A DNA stretch of 64,000 bases from Octopus sinensis (lineage: Eukaryota), in contig NC_042998.1 in assembly GCF_006345805.1 (NCBI RefSeq), forward strand, positions 148,366,001-148,430,000. Direction: 5' to 3'. Position 1 is the stretch's first letter. Each line of letters starts with the position of its first letter. Below the pieces are notes generated by a model. The model saw only the letters and a list, made by a program, of their open reading frames with translations, made no database searches and was not told the DNA's origin. Shown piece after piece: positions 12,600-26,012 of the stretch. A program made the position numbers and the translations under genes.

Positions 12600-12686
<87 letters not shown>
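12522..12686. repeat. (TATC)n microsatellite
   Basis: Direct tetranucleotide array. Confidence 0.95.
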
Positions 12687-12687
<1 letters not shown>

Positions 12688-12959
12688 GCAGCTAGCTAGC
12701 TATCAATCATATTATATATTAGATCAGATTATATTCTTTAATATCCATATACCTCTCATCTCTTTTCAACTTGAAGACGTTGTATCATTTCTTGATACAA
12801 CTTGTGCTGTCAGTGCACTCTCTAAAATAGGAGACCAAAACGTGTTTCTTCATTATATGTTCTACAAACAAAACAGTCTGTCACAACGCACAAAACAGCT
12901 CCAATTCGTTTTCAAGACACCCCACTACCAACTCTGTTGACAATAGCAGAACCACAACT

Positions 12960-13700
12960 GTAGATATGCATACTGGGTCGTCCAAACTCAGGTGAAAGGA
13001 AGGGAACCACATGAATCAGAAATGATGATTTTAAGTGGTCAAATGATCTGTTAGAAATAATAGCTAAATTTCCCTAAAATTACACTGAACCGTTTTAAAA
13101 AAAGGAGACAGACATTAGATGATGAGGTCCTGGATACACATTGTCCAAACACACAAAAAAAAATATAAGCAGCTTGATGATCATTGCTGGAACACATTTG
13201 ATTATAAATCTTCCCTGCCAGAACTGACTGAAGTCTACATCAAGACAATAAAACAGCAACCACTCATTCTCTCCGCTACCAAATCTTTATTATGGTCAAT
13301 GTCAGATATTGATATCATTCCCAGAAAGATTATGAGACTTTCGAAGGAAGCATTACTGCAGCCTACATAAAAGTATTGTTCACACATTTAGGCCAGCGTA
13401 TTCAATACTCGCAGTCAACTTCTTGACTAGATTCATCAAGATGTCTTCCGTTTCATTAACAAATTTCACAATAAGCGCACTCCGACCACTTGTCTACCAT
13501 CATCCTGAGGGCAGTCACTGCTCCTCTGAATTTATAGACTGCTTATCACCGCTCGTCTATGCCCACCACTCGTTACACTCATCTCTTGTCTACACCTTTA
13601 TCAAACGTGTCCTAGCTACTTTTACAAAAACTCCTCCTTCAACCATTCTTTACAAAAAACCTCTCACCAAACCTCCCAGTCCCCATTAAATTGTCTACTA
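12960..13700 (+). mobile_element. Highly decayed LINE RT C-terminal remnant (possibly I/Nimb-like)
   Basis: Weak matches by eye: ILSGQMI..KFP-ITLNR, W.HI..(K)KK, YI.TI, DII.RK.MRL..AL..T.ISAL, resembling the post-RT region of I-group LINEs. Confidence 0.4.
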
Positions 13701-13866
13701 CTTCAAAAGATGAAACTTTACGTCACCCGAATTAACCTCGCCCAGATATCCCACCGTCTATTATCACAAGACCTAAAAGGTTATGGGACACTGACCCTCA
13801 ATTTTGCACGATTTTATAGAATCTCAATATCCTTGTCTCACTGTCTCCGTCCTTTCACTCCCCGAT

Positions 13867-13939
<73 letters not shown>

Positions 13940-14230
13940 CATATACATACAGGCACTCATATACACACACATAGGTGCGTACACATGCACGTACATAAAC
14001 ACCCACCCACATACATCTTATTTCTCTGTATAAATTATACATCTCTAATTATGTATCTAGCTCGCTTTCTTTCTGTCCCCCAGCTCTTTCGCGATACGTT
14101 CATATATTTGTATACGTACGTATGTATGTATGTATGCTTGTATGTGTGTATACACACACACACACACACAGACATATATATATATATATAACAGCCGTAT
14201 ATATATGCATGTATATATGTATATCTATCC

Positions 14231-14316
<86 letters not shown>

Positions 14317-14483
14317 ATGTATGCAGTTCATATTTAATATTCCTATAGGCCACTATAGGGCTTTTGCTTAAGTACGATGTCAACATCGACATCCTCGTTG
14401 TTGTTGTAGTAGTAGGAGTTGTTGTTTGACGTTGTCGTTGTTGTTGTCGTTATTGTAGTTGTCTTGTTATCTACAGAACTAAC

Positions 14484-14620
14484 CGAGATTATATATGCCC
14501 TGGAGGCAATTATCTGCAGAGAACGATGCATTTGGAAGGTTAAAGTGCCCCGGAGTTAAACTTGCTTCTATAATGACACGCCAATTATCTACTGTCATGC
14601 CGTCGATTTTAGATGGCTGG
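14484..14620 (-). CDS. Candidate internal coding exon of an unidentified host gene
   Basis: Acceptor tttctgtttcag and donor G/gttagt. The frame QPSKIDGMTVDNWRVIIEASLTPGHFNLPNASFSADNCLQGIYNL is open, and the island is unique sequence between microsatellites. No recognised homology. Confidence 0.4.
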
Positions 14621-14660
14621 CTGAAACAGAAACACACACAAACACACTCACACGCACATA

Positions 14661-14691
<31 letters not shown>

Positions 14692-15180
14692 CCAAAATGA
14701 ACACACATACACACATACACGTAAGCATATGTATTCACACACACGATCTCTCTTTTGCTTTCTAACTGTACATCTTGCTCTCCCTCTCTCTACCATATAC
14801 ATATACTCACATATACGGTAAGATTAACAACATTGAATATATAGGTATAAATTTAAACATACATATATATATACGTATATATACATACAAATATATATAT
14901 ATGTATATATGTGTATGTATGCATGTGTGCATGGGTGTATGGATGTGTGCGCGCGTGTGTATTCATTCAAACACATAGTTGAAATCACGCACGCACACGC
15001 AATTAGATAGGATATTTAAAGTACAAACACATGTACGTGATTACAATCATATCTGCATGAATATACACACACGTGGACCTATAATGTATACACAACATGT
15101 GCATATTATTATATACATAAATATATATATATACACACACGCACACACACACACACACAACATATATATATATAATATAT

Positions 15181-15218
<38 letters not shown>

Positions 15219-15744
15219 CTATATATATATATATATATATATATACAGATATATATATATATAGATATATACATGCATATATATATATATGTATGAATAT
15301 ATACGTATATTTATATATATATGTATATATTGATAGATAGATGTAAACGTATAGGTGTGTGTGTGTGTGTGTGTGTGCGTGTGTGTGTGTGCGTATGTGT
15401 GCGTGTGTGTGTATACATGCATGTTTATTTGTGTGCTTGTATGTATGTATTATGTATGTATATGTAGTCTAGTTAGACTTTTATATACTTGACAAGGAGC
15501 ATCTGAATCTCTCCTGAGTGCATCTTCACTGCGAGTGCTCTATAACTTAGGCGAATTAGGGGCTATGACATGTATATGTGAAGGAAGGGAACAGAAAGAA
15601 AATTAGTTTATATATATATATATATATATAATTTTTTCGTCTTCTATATGTTTCAGTTCAAAGGCTGTGGCTATCACCACACACACACACAGAGCCTTTG
15701 GACTGAATCATATAGAAGACGAAAGATATATATATATATATATG

Positions 15745-16032
15745 TATAAATATAATACAAACTGGGACATGAACGCAAAACATTTAGAAGACGATACCAA
15801 AAACAGGGACGGGACATTCGAAGCCTTCAATCTTCAGACAAAAACCGGATCATCTTCGCAATTTCGGCTGATTAATCTTGAGATTGCTCCAATCTGGCCA
15901 GCCCCAAGGAAAAACTAAGCTAAGCGCATTAGATTCCTTGGAAAAAAGCTTCGAATGTATACGAAATAAGGACGGAAAACGAACGATGTTACATGAATAT
16001 GAATACAAAAATAATCCGTAAAAACAATAATG

Positions 16033-16096
<64 letters not shown>

Positions 16097-16640
16097 TAAT
16101 AATAATAATAATAATAACGGTAACAGGACATCACAAACGGGCGTCTTTCGACTTAGACAAATTGAACTCTGCTGGCGTGTTAGGAATATGCCTTGGGGCA
16201 GAGAAAATAAAGTTGATGTTACCACGACCGCTATATATATATGTATATATATATATATATAAGACCCAAAGTGCACTTGCGCTGCTATATGTATATATAA
16301 AAAAAACAAAATAAAAAAATGGAACAAGAACATAACAGGTGACAAGAAAACGTCCGGACAGTTAGACGATACAAAAAAGGACGAGAAAAAACAAGGACGG
16401 GTCATTCGGAGCTTTCTATCCTCAGTCGAGTTCCAGATCGTCATTGCAGATTCGGCCGGTTACACTCGAGACTGCTCCAATCTGGCCGGCCCCAAGAAAA
16501 TCTAAACTATGAGCACTAGATTCTTTAGATGAAAGCAAGCGAATGTATACAGAAACAAGGACGAAAACATACGGAGAAATGGTACACAATTACAAATACA
16601 AACAACAGGTGTCTTTCGACTAAGGAGGAATTAAATTAAG
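15745..16640. repeat. Two diverged tandem copies of an unclassified interspersed repeat (~15745-16200 and ~16320-16640); the first carries an (AAT)n insertion
   Basis: Shared core gaga(t/c)tgctccaatctggcc(a/g)gccccaag..tagattc..cgaatgtatac..aaggacg..gtctttcgact. Confidence 0.75.
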
Positions 16641-17005
16641 CTGGAGTGTGTGGAAGTGAAGCCTTACAGCAGGAACATAAATGATGAAAGTCAAAGGAAG
16701 GTATATAAGAGATGCTACACAGATGGTAGTCGAACCAAGAAAGAAAGGTCAGGCTTGGCGGAAAACCGGTCACGTGGAAGGAGAGGAGAGAGGTAAGATC
16801 AGAGGGATTGAAGAATTAGGAGGGATGAGAAAGAGAAAAAAGAAAGGAAAGGGAGAGAGTGAGGTAAAGGAGAAGGGAAACTCATGGGAATAAAGGGAAG
16901 GCTAAGAAATGTGAGGGAGGGGGCGAGAAAAAGTGCAAAGAACGAAGAAAATGTGACGGGGGCTAAAAGAAAGAGTAAAAGAGCCGTACAGAATTTATGT
17001 ATATG

Positions 17006-17047
<42 letters not shown>

Positions 17048-17051
<4 letters not shown>

Positions 17052-17082
17052 CATACAAGAGACGTGATTTTTTGCTGCTTAC

Positions 17083-17129
<47 letters not shown>

Positions 17130-17712
17130 CATACAAGAGACGTGATTTTTTGCTGCTTACGTGTTCGTCCACAAGCTGCAGCATCAAGTCCTCTGTATTA
17201 GATAAGTACCTATTCATTGCTATTGTGGAGACCTTATAGAACAGTTCTACCTGCATCATCCCCCTTCTTCCATTACTTCTAGGTAGGTACAGAAATCAAC
17301 GTCTGATTTTAGGTGGTGCATGTTCTTCGATGTTAGTAGTTTTCTTGTCTTCCTGTACAGGTCTTGGAGCTCTGTAAGATTCTAGTTAGTGATGTTAAAA
17401 CTGTATTGGACTACCGGAAGTGCCAGGGTGTTATGGCTTCGATGCGATTTTTGGGGTTGAATTCAGTTTTTAGTATGAGTCTTACTCTCTTGTCTTTTTC
17501 CTTCATAGTCGCATGTTGTATACAAATCTCTTCGTTTATTCATAGCTTTCTTGTGGAGCAAGCTCCTTGATGGTACTGTCGGTATCTAACTTAATGGAAG
17601 CTGTTTGTTTGAGCTTGCTCTTACAAAAGTTGCTTTAGCACACTTATCAAGGCCAAAATCCATCCCGATATCGTTGCTGTGCTCTTTAACAGTTGTTAAC
17701 AGCCCTTCGAGT
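17048..17712 (-). mobile_element. R4/Dong-type LINE, downstream part (RT C-terminus), interrupted by the RTE
   Basis: [82 protein letters not shown]. Confidence 0.85.
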
Positions 17713-17715
17713 GCT

Positions 17716-20700
17716 ACTGGTAACATGTAACCCAGTACAACCTGTTGCATGGTCGGGCCGTCGGCGACTAAACCGGCAACCCCATCAAGATTGCCTGGTG
17801 AGGAGGGTGTTTATTGGACACCCTGCGAGATGAAAAACAAAACCCGTCAAAGGGAGGAGGAACTCTTGAGAGTCAACGGCCATCCAATAAATGTGTAATT
17901 ATGTATCACCTCATCGTGGTAAGGGGGTGAAACGGGAGTGTCAGAGCTATGCCATCGGAGACTTCGGTTTCTGGTAGGGTCACCCAAGGCGGATTGTTCT
18001 GACACCCAGCGGTATCGGGGCCGCACCCGGTTAACGGGGCTCTGGTGAACAGAAGCGTCTGATCCGGCAACCGGCGGCTTCAACCCGTCCTGTCCCTGCG
18101 TCTGTGGAAAATCTACGGCAAACAAGACGTTCTCCCAACAGGGATATACTTGCGGCTGGAGACCGCTAGCAAACCTCCTATTCCCAAGATCCTTCAAATA
18201 TTCCTCATGTATATCGCACCTTCTTCAATGACAAACGCTACTACGGCGTCCGCGGGAGCCGACGCGCTAGCTGTCCCAGTGAGGCGAGTGTTAAATTAGC
18301 GAACTTGGATGCTAATGCGACATGGAAGAACGCATTTCTTTGGCTTTTGGAACGTCAGATCCCTGATGCATGAAGAAACAAAGGCACTAACGATGCACTC
18401 TCTCTCCAAATATAATATCGATATTGCATGCCTCTCTGAAGTTAGACTTCCTGATTCTGGTTATCGCAGAATCAAAGTACCCCAACACGACGCATCATAC
18501 CATCTCTACCACAGTGGACCAACTGATAACTCTGGCCTTCATGGAGTTGCCTTCGCTCTCAGCGATCGCACCAATGCGTCACTCCTTGCCTGGGAACCTA
18601 TCTCCCCCCCATCTAGCCCGTATCCGCCTCAGATGTTCAGCTAACAACATCAGTGCCGTTGTTGTCTACGCTCCCACTCTCACCGCTTCTGATGAAGATA
18701 AGGACTCCTTCTATGATGTTTTACAGGCAGTTGTTGGTCGCATACCCGCAAGTGACATTCTAATCGTTGCAGGCGATTGGAATGCCCGCACAGGACCAAG
18801 TAACACCACTAACGACCACATACTGGGACGGTTTCCGATTGGCAATCAATGCGCCGATGGTGAAAGACTTGTCAATTTCGCTGTTGCAAATCATCTTACT
18901 GTTTCCAGCATGCGCTTTCAACATCCACGGCGACATCTTCTTACATGGTACTCCAATGACGGTGTCGCAGCAAATCAGATTGACCATTTTCTCGTTAGAA
19001 GCTGCTGATCGTCGAGCGTCCTTGATTGTCAAATGTTCAGAGGCGTAGAAACCGGCAGCGAACATGGTTCCGATCATATATTAGGACGGGCAAAACTACG
19101 TCTTCATCTCAAGGCCGTCAAGTCTTGTTCTAAGCCTTTAAGATACGATATCTCGAAGCTAAAAAGTAACCAGACCGAACATTTATTCCGTATTGAATTA
19201 ACAAATCGGTTTAACGGGCTCGAAGTCCCTCAATCTGCTTACTCAGATGAAGTCTGGCAAACGGTCAAACACAATCTTCAATCCGTGATGTCCACAACAC
19301 TCGGCACTACTAAGCGAAAAGACAAAGATTGGATCTCAGGCCGAAGAATCGAAATTGCTGAAAAAGCGAAACAAGCTCGATGCAACCAATCCGATACCTT
19401 CAGACAACTGCGCCGTGAAGCTGCCCGTTCTGCCCGCGCTGATCGAAATAAATTCTGGAGGACGGTGGCTGAAGACATGGAATGCGCCGCATCTACTGGG
19501 GACTCTACAGCCTCTTTCGATCGAGCAGAAAGACAGGCTGGAGTGGTAACGAAACTATTTTGGACCAGAATGGCGATCACATCACCAATCTCACTGAGCG
19601 CATCATCCGCTGGAGAGACCATTTCGCCAATCTGCTGAACCATGACCATCAGCCTCCCTTATCTGCTCCTGCGATCGACGCGACCCCAACCTTGTATAAC
19701 TTCCAAACAGCTCCCTCTACGCTTGAAGAGGTCCTTGTTGTTATCAGAAAGCTCAAAAATAACAAAGCTGCCGGCGAAGATAACATTCCTGCTGAGATCC
19801 TCAAGCATAGTGCAAATATACTTGGGCCCGCGATTCATCAAGTTATGACCCGGGTTTGGGATACGGAAACCCTCTCCCAAGACTGGAGCGACGCAGCACT
19901 GTTATCTTTCTTTAAGAAAGGCGATAAACGCTGCTGCAGCAACTACCGTGGCATCAGTCTGATTGACGTTTCTGCCAAAATATTTGCATCTATTCTTCTG
20001 AGACGATTCCACTCAGAACGTGACTCTAGAACAAGACCAAACCAGTGTGGTTTCCGTCGAAATCGAGGCTGCACCGATCAAATCTTCACCCTAAGACGAA
20101 TCCTCGAACACTGTTTGTGCTTTCATCAAAAAACAGTCATCTGCTTTGTTGATTTTGCGGCTGCATTTCGACTCCGTCGATCGTGACACCCTCTGGAAGG
20201 TCATGCAGGCAGATGGTATCCCACCTAAACTTCTCAATATTATCAAAACTTATTACCGCTCAGCAAGACCCCGCGTACGCGTGTATGGTGAAGTGTCGGA
20301 ACCCTTCGATATACGGTCTGGCGTTCGGCAAGGATGTGTTCTTTCGCCAACTCTTTTCAATTACGCCATCGACTGGATCACCACAAATGCATTAAGGGAG
20401 TTCCCCGGTATCACTGTTGGTCACAACTTTTCCGTCAAGGATCTAGACTACGCAGATGACATAGCGATACTTGGCGAAACATTTGCTGACGTCCAGTTTC
20501 CTATCAATAAGCTCCAGCGTGTTGTATCACAGATTGGTATGAAAGTCAATGCCTCGAAGACCAAAATCCTCACAGCCGAATCTTCCCCACCAGACAAAAC
20601 ACCCATTGTCCTCAATGGTGATATTCTTGATGAGGTTGAGAGTTTCAAATACCTTGGCGCCATCATTACAGCTACAGGTCAAGGTGAGGCTGACATTAAA

Positions 20701-21315
20701 ACACGAATCGACCTCGCTCGCCAAGCCTTCAACCGACTCAGTGCACGACTCTGGTCAAGATCTGAGATCCGACACACCACCAAAGTACGGATCTACCAAG
20801 CACTAGTGCGAACGATTCTCCTTTACGGCAGCAAGTCATGGCCAATGAGGGTGGAAGATATTAAGCGACTAGAATCCTTCGATCACCTCTGTCTACGCCG
20901 CATCCTTCGTGTCCGATGGTATCATTTTGACTCCAACAATTCGGTGCAACACCAGTGCAGAATCACCTCCCTCCGACAAGTCATCCAGCGTTGGCTGAGT
21001 CATGCTCTCTGTCGTCAACCAGGAGAATTCATCTACGAAGCAATTGCCCCAGCTCCCCTTTAGGGTTGGCGAAAGCGATGTGGTGGACACCGGAAAACTT
21101 GGCTGATGGCAATCAAGGCTGATCTGGAACCCAACCTAGGCCCCCATGTCTACGGCGTTCGCCGCTGGAATAAAGAATTGTTGGAAATGACGCGGTCGTT
21201 AGCCTCAAATCGCCAGGTCTGGTCGGCGTTTGTGAGAGATGCAGTATTGAGGATGAATGAAGCCAGCTCAACCCACCCCGGGTAAATGCTGTTAAGAACA
21301 AAGAACAAAGAACAA
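17716..21315 (+). mobile_element. Near full-length RTE-clade LINE (APE endonuclease plus RT), inactivated by frameshifts and stops
   Basis: EN motifs GFWNVRSL, DIACLSEVR, VYAPT, VAGDWNA, NQIDHFLV and GSDH; RT motifs NYRGISL, QCGFR, FVDF..AFDSV, GVRQGCVLSPTLF and LDYADDIA; 3' (AAGAACA)3 tail; structured ~600-bp 5' UTR. Confidence 0.95.
18309..21063 (+). pseudogene. RTE ORF (APE-RT), split across frames
   Basis: ORF-track pieces 18309-18644, 18424-19008, 19033-19638, 19482-20186 and 20146-21063 are consecutive parts of one polyprotein. Confidence 0.92.
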
Positions 21316-23300
21316 CTAGTAGCTTTTCGTCATTTTTAGCAAACAGCTTCAGATCGTCCATATAAAACACGATTTACTATAATATTATACATTTTGAGCT
21401 CATTGCTGGTGTTACTCAGGGTGGTATCAGTGCCATGCAAAAGAGTAATGGGGAGAGGTAGTCACCTTGAAAGATGCCTCGTTCGATGTTGATGTTGCTA
21501 GATTGGCTCTTCCCATTAATATAGTGTAGAGGGAAATGTGTATTCCACTTGGCCATGCTACCTTATAAGAATTTGGAGATGACAAGAGAAATCTTATATA
21601 TCTCAAGGGCCTTGAGTAGGACATGATCAAACATGAAAATAAAGGACTTACCTCATCTAATGCAAGATATATAAGCCAGAATAAAACAGAGAACACACAA
21701 AAAAGAAAAAAGAAAAGGGCCTTGTATAGGACATGATCAAACGCTTTCCTGTAGTCTATCCATGCCACATCCAGGTTCTTCTTTTTGCTCCGGCAATTCT
21801 CTACAATCATTTTATTTAAAAGTAATTGGTCTTTGCATCCATAAGAATTCCTTTTACAACCTTTTTGACCTTGCGGAAGGATAGAATCCTGTTCAAGGAA
21901 AGTGTATATTCTTTCTATTAGTATCGATGTGATAATCTTGTAGGTGGTGTTGAGACATGTTATTTGTTGGTAGTTCTTTGAATTTTTCATATCTCCAGTT
22001 TTTGGTAGAAGGTATGTTGTTGCTTCGATCAGTCAGGCAGGTATTTATTCTGGGTTCTGGATGACATCAGTCAAGGATGTAGCAAAATGTTGGTGTACTT
22101 CTGTCAAACAATTCAGCCAGAAGTTAGGAACCCGGTCCAGTCCTGGAGTTTTCCATTTGTGAGACTTTCTAAGAACATATCTTAGCTCTTCTACTCTCAT
22201 TGCCTCATATTTCTGCTCAACTTCATCCTGCCTCACTTTCTCACGTTCTCTCAAGTGAGCTTCAGCATTATGTTCTTTTTTGTTGCTCCATATCTTCTTT
22301 CAGAACTCTTGCATTTCCTCAGTCTTAGGTGGCTCCTTTGCTTCTATCTTACTTTTGCCATTTTTCCTATAAAATGTTTTTGCTTCCGTCTTGAATACCT
22401 TCTTTTGTCATATTTTCTGAGCTGTTGAGTTTTTAGTTGTATTCGTTGTTTCACTGTTGTCCTTCATTGCAAGGAGGTTTATAAAATCTTTGATTTTATA
22501 TATTCGTTTGATTTTTCTAGCTTGTTTCGTCTTAACATTTACTCCTCTAAGCAAGTTCATCGACAAATAATACATGCTCTCTTTATTATTCACCTCAAAT
22601 TCTGTCATATCTATTCTGGTGTTCTTGAGGTAGGTCTACTTCCTCCTCTTTTTCCGCATATCTTTTCATCGCTATTCTTTCTTCAGCTTCCTCGTTGGGA
22701 TGTACTGTTCGTACACTGTGTTCTGTGCATCCGTTGCCTATTTCATCTGCATTGTTGCTGTTTTCTTTGGTCTACCATGAGATAATTGTGTCCTAATTTG
22801 GTTAATTTCAGCGTTAGTTAACCTTTTGTTCTTAATGATGTCTTTACGTACATTACTTAATTTATTTGCGTCTATATATCTGCATACTTTGTTGCCTACT
22901 AAGTTTCTCCATGACGTGTACGTTTGTACAATGAAATTATTGTTTGACTTTTGTTGGGCTGTATAGAGAGCTTTCAGCACATCCCTGTAATCCTCTCCTG
23001 TCCATTTCATGCATTTTGTTTCAGGTGGTGTCTTTGGTGGTGTTACTACAGGTCTAAGGTTATCCTGGTTCTGGTCACCTGGTAGTTGATTTTTTTAAAG
23101 AGTTTGTTCCAGCAGCTGACTTTTCGAACCCAGTCTGGTTCTCCACTGGGTAACGCGGTCCTTGTCCCGGGTGATGACAGATTCAGCATGAATTTTGGCT
23201 TGTCATTGAAGCATCGACGGTGACAATAGGAGAGTCAGGGTTGACTTTTTGACATGACACCGCTGTCATGATTCCGAGCATGACTGTTTAGTGATGTTTT
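21316..23300 (-). mobile_element. R4/Dong-type LINE, 5' part through RT
   Basis: MKWTGEDY..DANKLSNVRKDIIKNKRLT; KSHKWKTPGLDRVPNFWL; NYQQITCLNTTYK; QKGCKRNSYGCKDQLLLNK; AWIDYRKAFD; YMDDLKLFAKND, continuing in register into the 17048-17712 piece. Confidence 0.9.
21605..21742 (+). other. 82-bp insertion identical to PLE 3' UTR (24468-24551), flanked by a 28-bp duplication
   Basis: aagggccttg(ag/ta)taggacatgatcaaac occurs at 21605-21632 and 21715-21742; the insert matches 24468-24551 and its copy near 25382. Confidence 0.9.
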
Positions 23301-23579
23301 AAACTGAGTGACTAATTTGCTCCTTTTATATTCGGTTGTTTTTGTTTTGTTCGGCATCGCTCGTGACACGTGTTTTTTCTTTTATTTTCTGTGTGTACGT
23401 GTGTGTCGTGTAGGTGTTATATATGTTGCTTGTAAATATCAGCATGTGCACATGGATGTACAGACAGTTGCATACATAAGTAATTATTCAGTTTACGTAC
23501 TTGATGTGTAATCGGTGTGTCTGGTGTGTTTATCCAGGGTTCCTGGTGCTGGTTTCAACGTCTTGCGTATGTCACATTG

Positions 23580-23935
23580 AGATTTCGTGCATTTAAGAAA
23601 GAAAGTACACCTGATTTGTTTGGATCGGGAAATCCGAGAGGATTTTGCTAGTCTCCGACTCCGCCACTCTCTATGGTTTGTTCTCATACCACGACTTGCC
23701 TCTCCCAAGAATCCACTTTTCGCGCAGTTTCCAATGTGGCACTTTCGCTACCTGATCTTGTCGCTACAACTTGTAATGGTTTCGGGCGAGTCTAGGGCAT
23801 TCGTTCGTGATATCAGCAATGATTTCATCCACTCTATTGCTGATGCGGCACAGCGGAGACACTTGCTCATTCCTAAGGTTGATCCTCCAGTTCGTGGTCA
23901 AAGCTTGAGCTTGCACTGCTAGTGTAGTGCGCTCG
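23580..23935 (-). mobile_element. R4/Dong-like fragment (CCHC knuckle and start of the RLE region)
   Basis: LAVQAQALTTN..PLCRI..EIIADITNECPRLARNHYK..RQDQVAKVPHWKL..WYENKP..KILSDFPIQT; abuts (TAT)n at ~23940. Confidence 0.8.
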
Positions 23936-24028
23936 GTCTCTTATTATTATTATTACTACTGGAGGAGTTACTCCAATCCTATAATCTATCTCTGCCTGTG
24001 TGTCTGTATATATGTATATGTATATGTA

Positions 24029-24069
<41 letters not shown>

Positions 24070-24071
24070 CA

Positions 24072-24131
<60 letters not shown>

Positions 24132-24151
24132 CTGTCTATCTATCTATCTAT

Positions 24152-24220
<69 letters not shown>

Positions 24221-24315
24221 CATACATACATAGATACATACAAGCATACATACATACATACATACATACATACATACATACATACATACATACATACATA
24301 CATACATACATACAT

Positions 24316-25049
24316 AAGGTAGAAAATATTGTGCAGAACGATTACAACCACAATTCGTAATTGTCCCATTTTATCAACTTGCCTTCTGAACTTCAATATA
24401 AATAAGACTGAATAAAGAAGCCTCATTTATTCAAAAATATAAACCAGAATTAAATATGAACCCATATTGAAAATAAAGGACTTACCTCATCTAATGCAAG
24501 ATATATAAGCCAGAATAAAACAGAGAACACACAAAAAAGAAAAAAGAAAAGTTACAGATTTACCTGTGAACAATTATCTCCCCTAACAATATATATTTGG
24601 CCCCCAACCCCAACAATATATCTTTTCAACTCTCAGTTTGATGAGAAATGCGAAACCGGTCCTTCAATTATGTTGAAAGAGCAAAACCTTATTTTGTACA
24701 AAATTGTATAATACCTTTATTATCATGGATGTAATATACTCTCAAATCCTGTAAAACAAATATTTTGTGTTTTTTTATCTTTTCTCTTTACATATATGTG
24801 ATATGCCTGTGAGGGTGCAGATAATGATGTAATTAAAGTAAAACCATCGTATCACGCAGGCGTCCGTGTAGTTATCAACAGTCATCAATACGTGCCAGCC
24901 ACTCGTGTTAAACCACCGTATAGATTTAATTACATATTTTTATCCCCCTTATTACTACACACGTGTATATGTATATATGTATATATATATATATATGTAT
25001 ATACATATATATATATATGTATATATGTATATATGTATATATGTATATA

Positions 25050-25133
<84 letters not shown>

Positions 25134-25882
25134 CATACATACATAGATACATACAAGCATACATACATACATAATACATACATACATACTACATACATAC
25201 ATACATACATACATACAACATACATACATAAGGTAGAAAATATTGTGCAGAACGATTACAACCACAATTCGTAATTGTCCCATTTTATCAACTTGCCTTC
25301 TGAACTTCAATATAAATAAGACTGAATAAAGAAGCCTCATTTATTCAAAAATATAAACCAGAATTAAATATGAACCCATATTGAAAATAAAGGACTTACC
25401 TCATCTAATGCAAGATATATAAGCCAGAATAAAACAGAGAACACACAAAAAAGAAAAAAGAAAAGTTACAGATTACCTGTGAACAATTATCTCCCCTAAC
25501 AATATATTTGGCCCCCAACCCCAACAATATATCTTTTCAACTCTCAGTTTGATGAGAAATGCGAAAACGGTCCTTCAATTATGTTGAAAGAGCAAAACCT
25601 TATTTTGTACAAAATTGTATAATACCTTTATTATCATGGATGTAATATACTCTCAAATCCTGTAAAACAAATATTTTGTGTTTTTTTATCTTTTCTCTTT
25701 ACATATATGTGATATGCCTGTGAGGGTGCAGATAATGATGTAATTAAAGTAAAACCATCGTATCACGCAGGCGTCCGTGTTGTGTAGTTATCAACAGTCA
25801 TCAATACGTGCCAGCCACTCGTGTTAAACCACCGTATAGATTTAATTACATATTTTTATCCCCCTTATTACTACACACGTGT
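24316..25882 (+). mobile_element. Tandem pair of PLE family B 3' ends (copies start 24316 and 25230; period ~914 bp)
   Basis: Each copy encodes [39 protein letters not shown], followed by a near-identical 3' UTR and microsatellite. Confidence 0.88.
24638..24661 (+). ncRNA. Degenerate hammerhead-like motif (second copy ~25549-25572)
   Basis: TTGATGA-GAAATGC-GAAA-CCGGTC. Stem I pairing is not evident, and copy 2 reads GAAAACGGTC. Confidence 0.45.
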
Positions 25883-25943
25883 ATATGTATATATGTATAT
25901 ATATATATATGTATATACATATATATATATGTATATATGTATA

Positions 25944-26012
<69 letters not shown>

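Noticed and set aside
15800-16420. Minus-strand CTGA(A/G)GA..CGAAT..GTC in both repeat copies
   Set aside because: GAAU instead of GAAA, and stems I and III do not pair.
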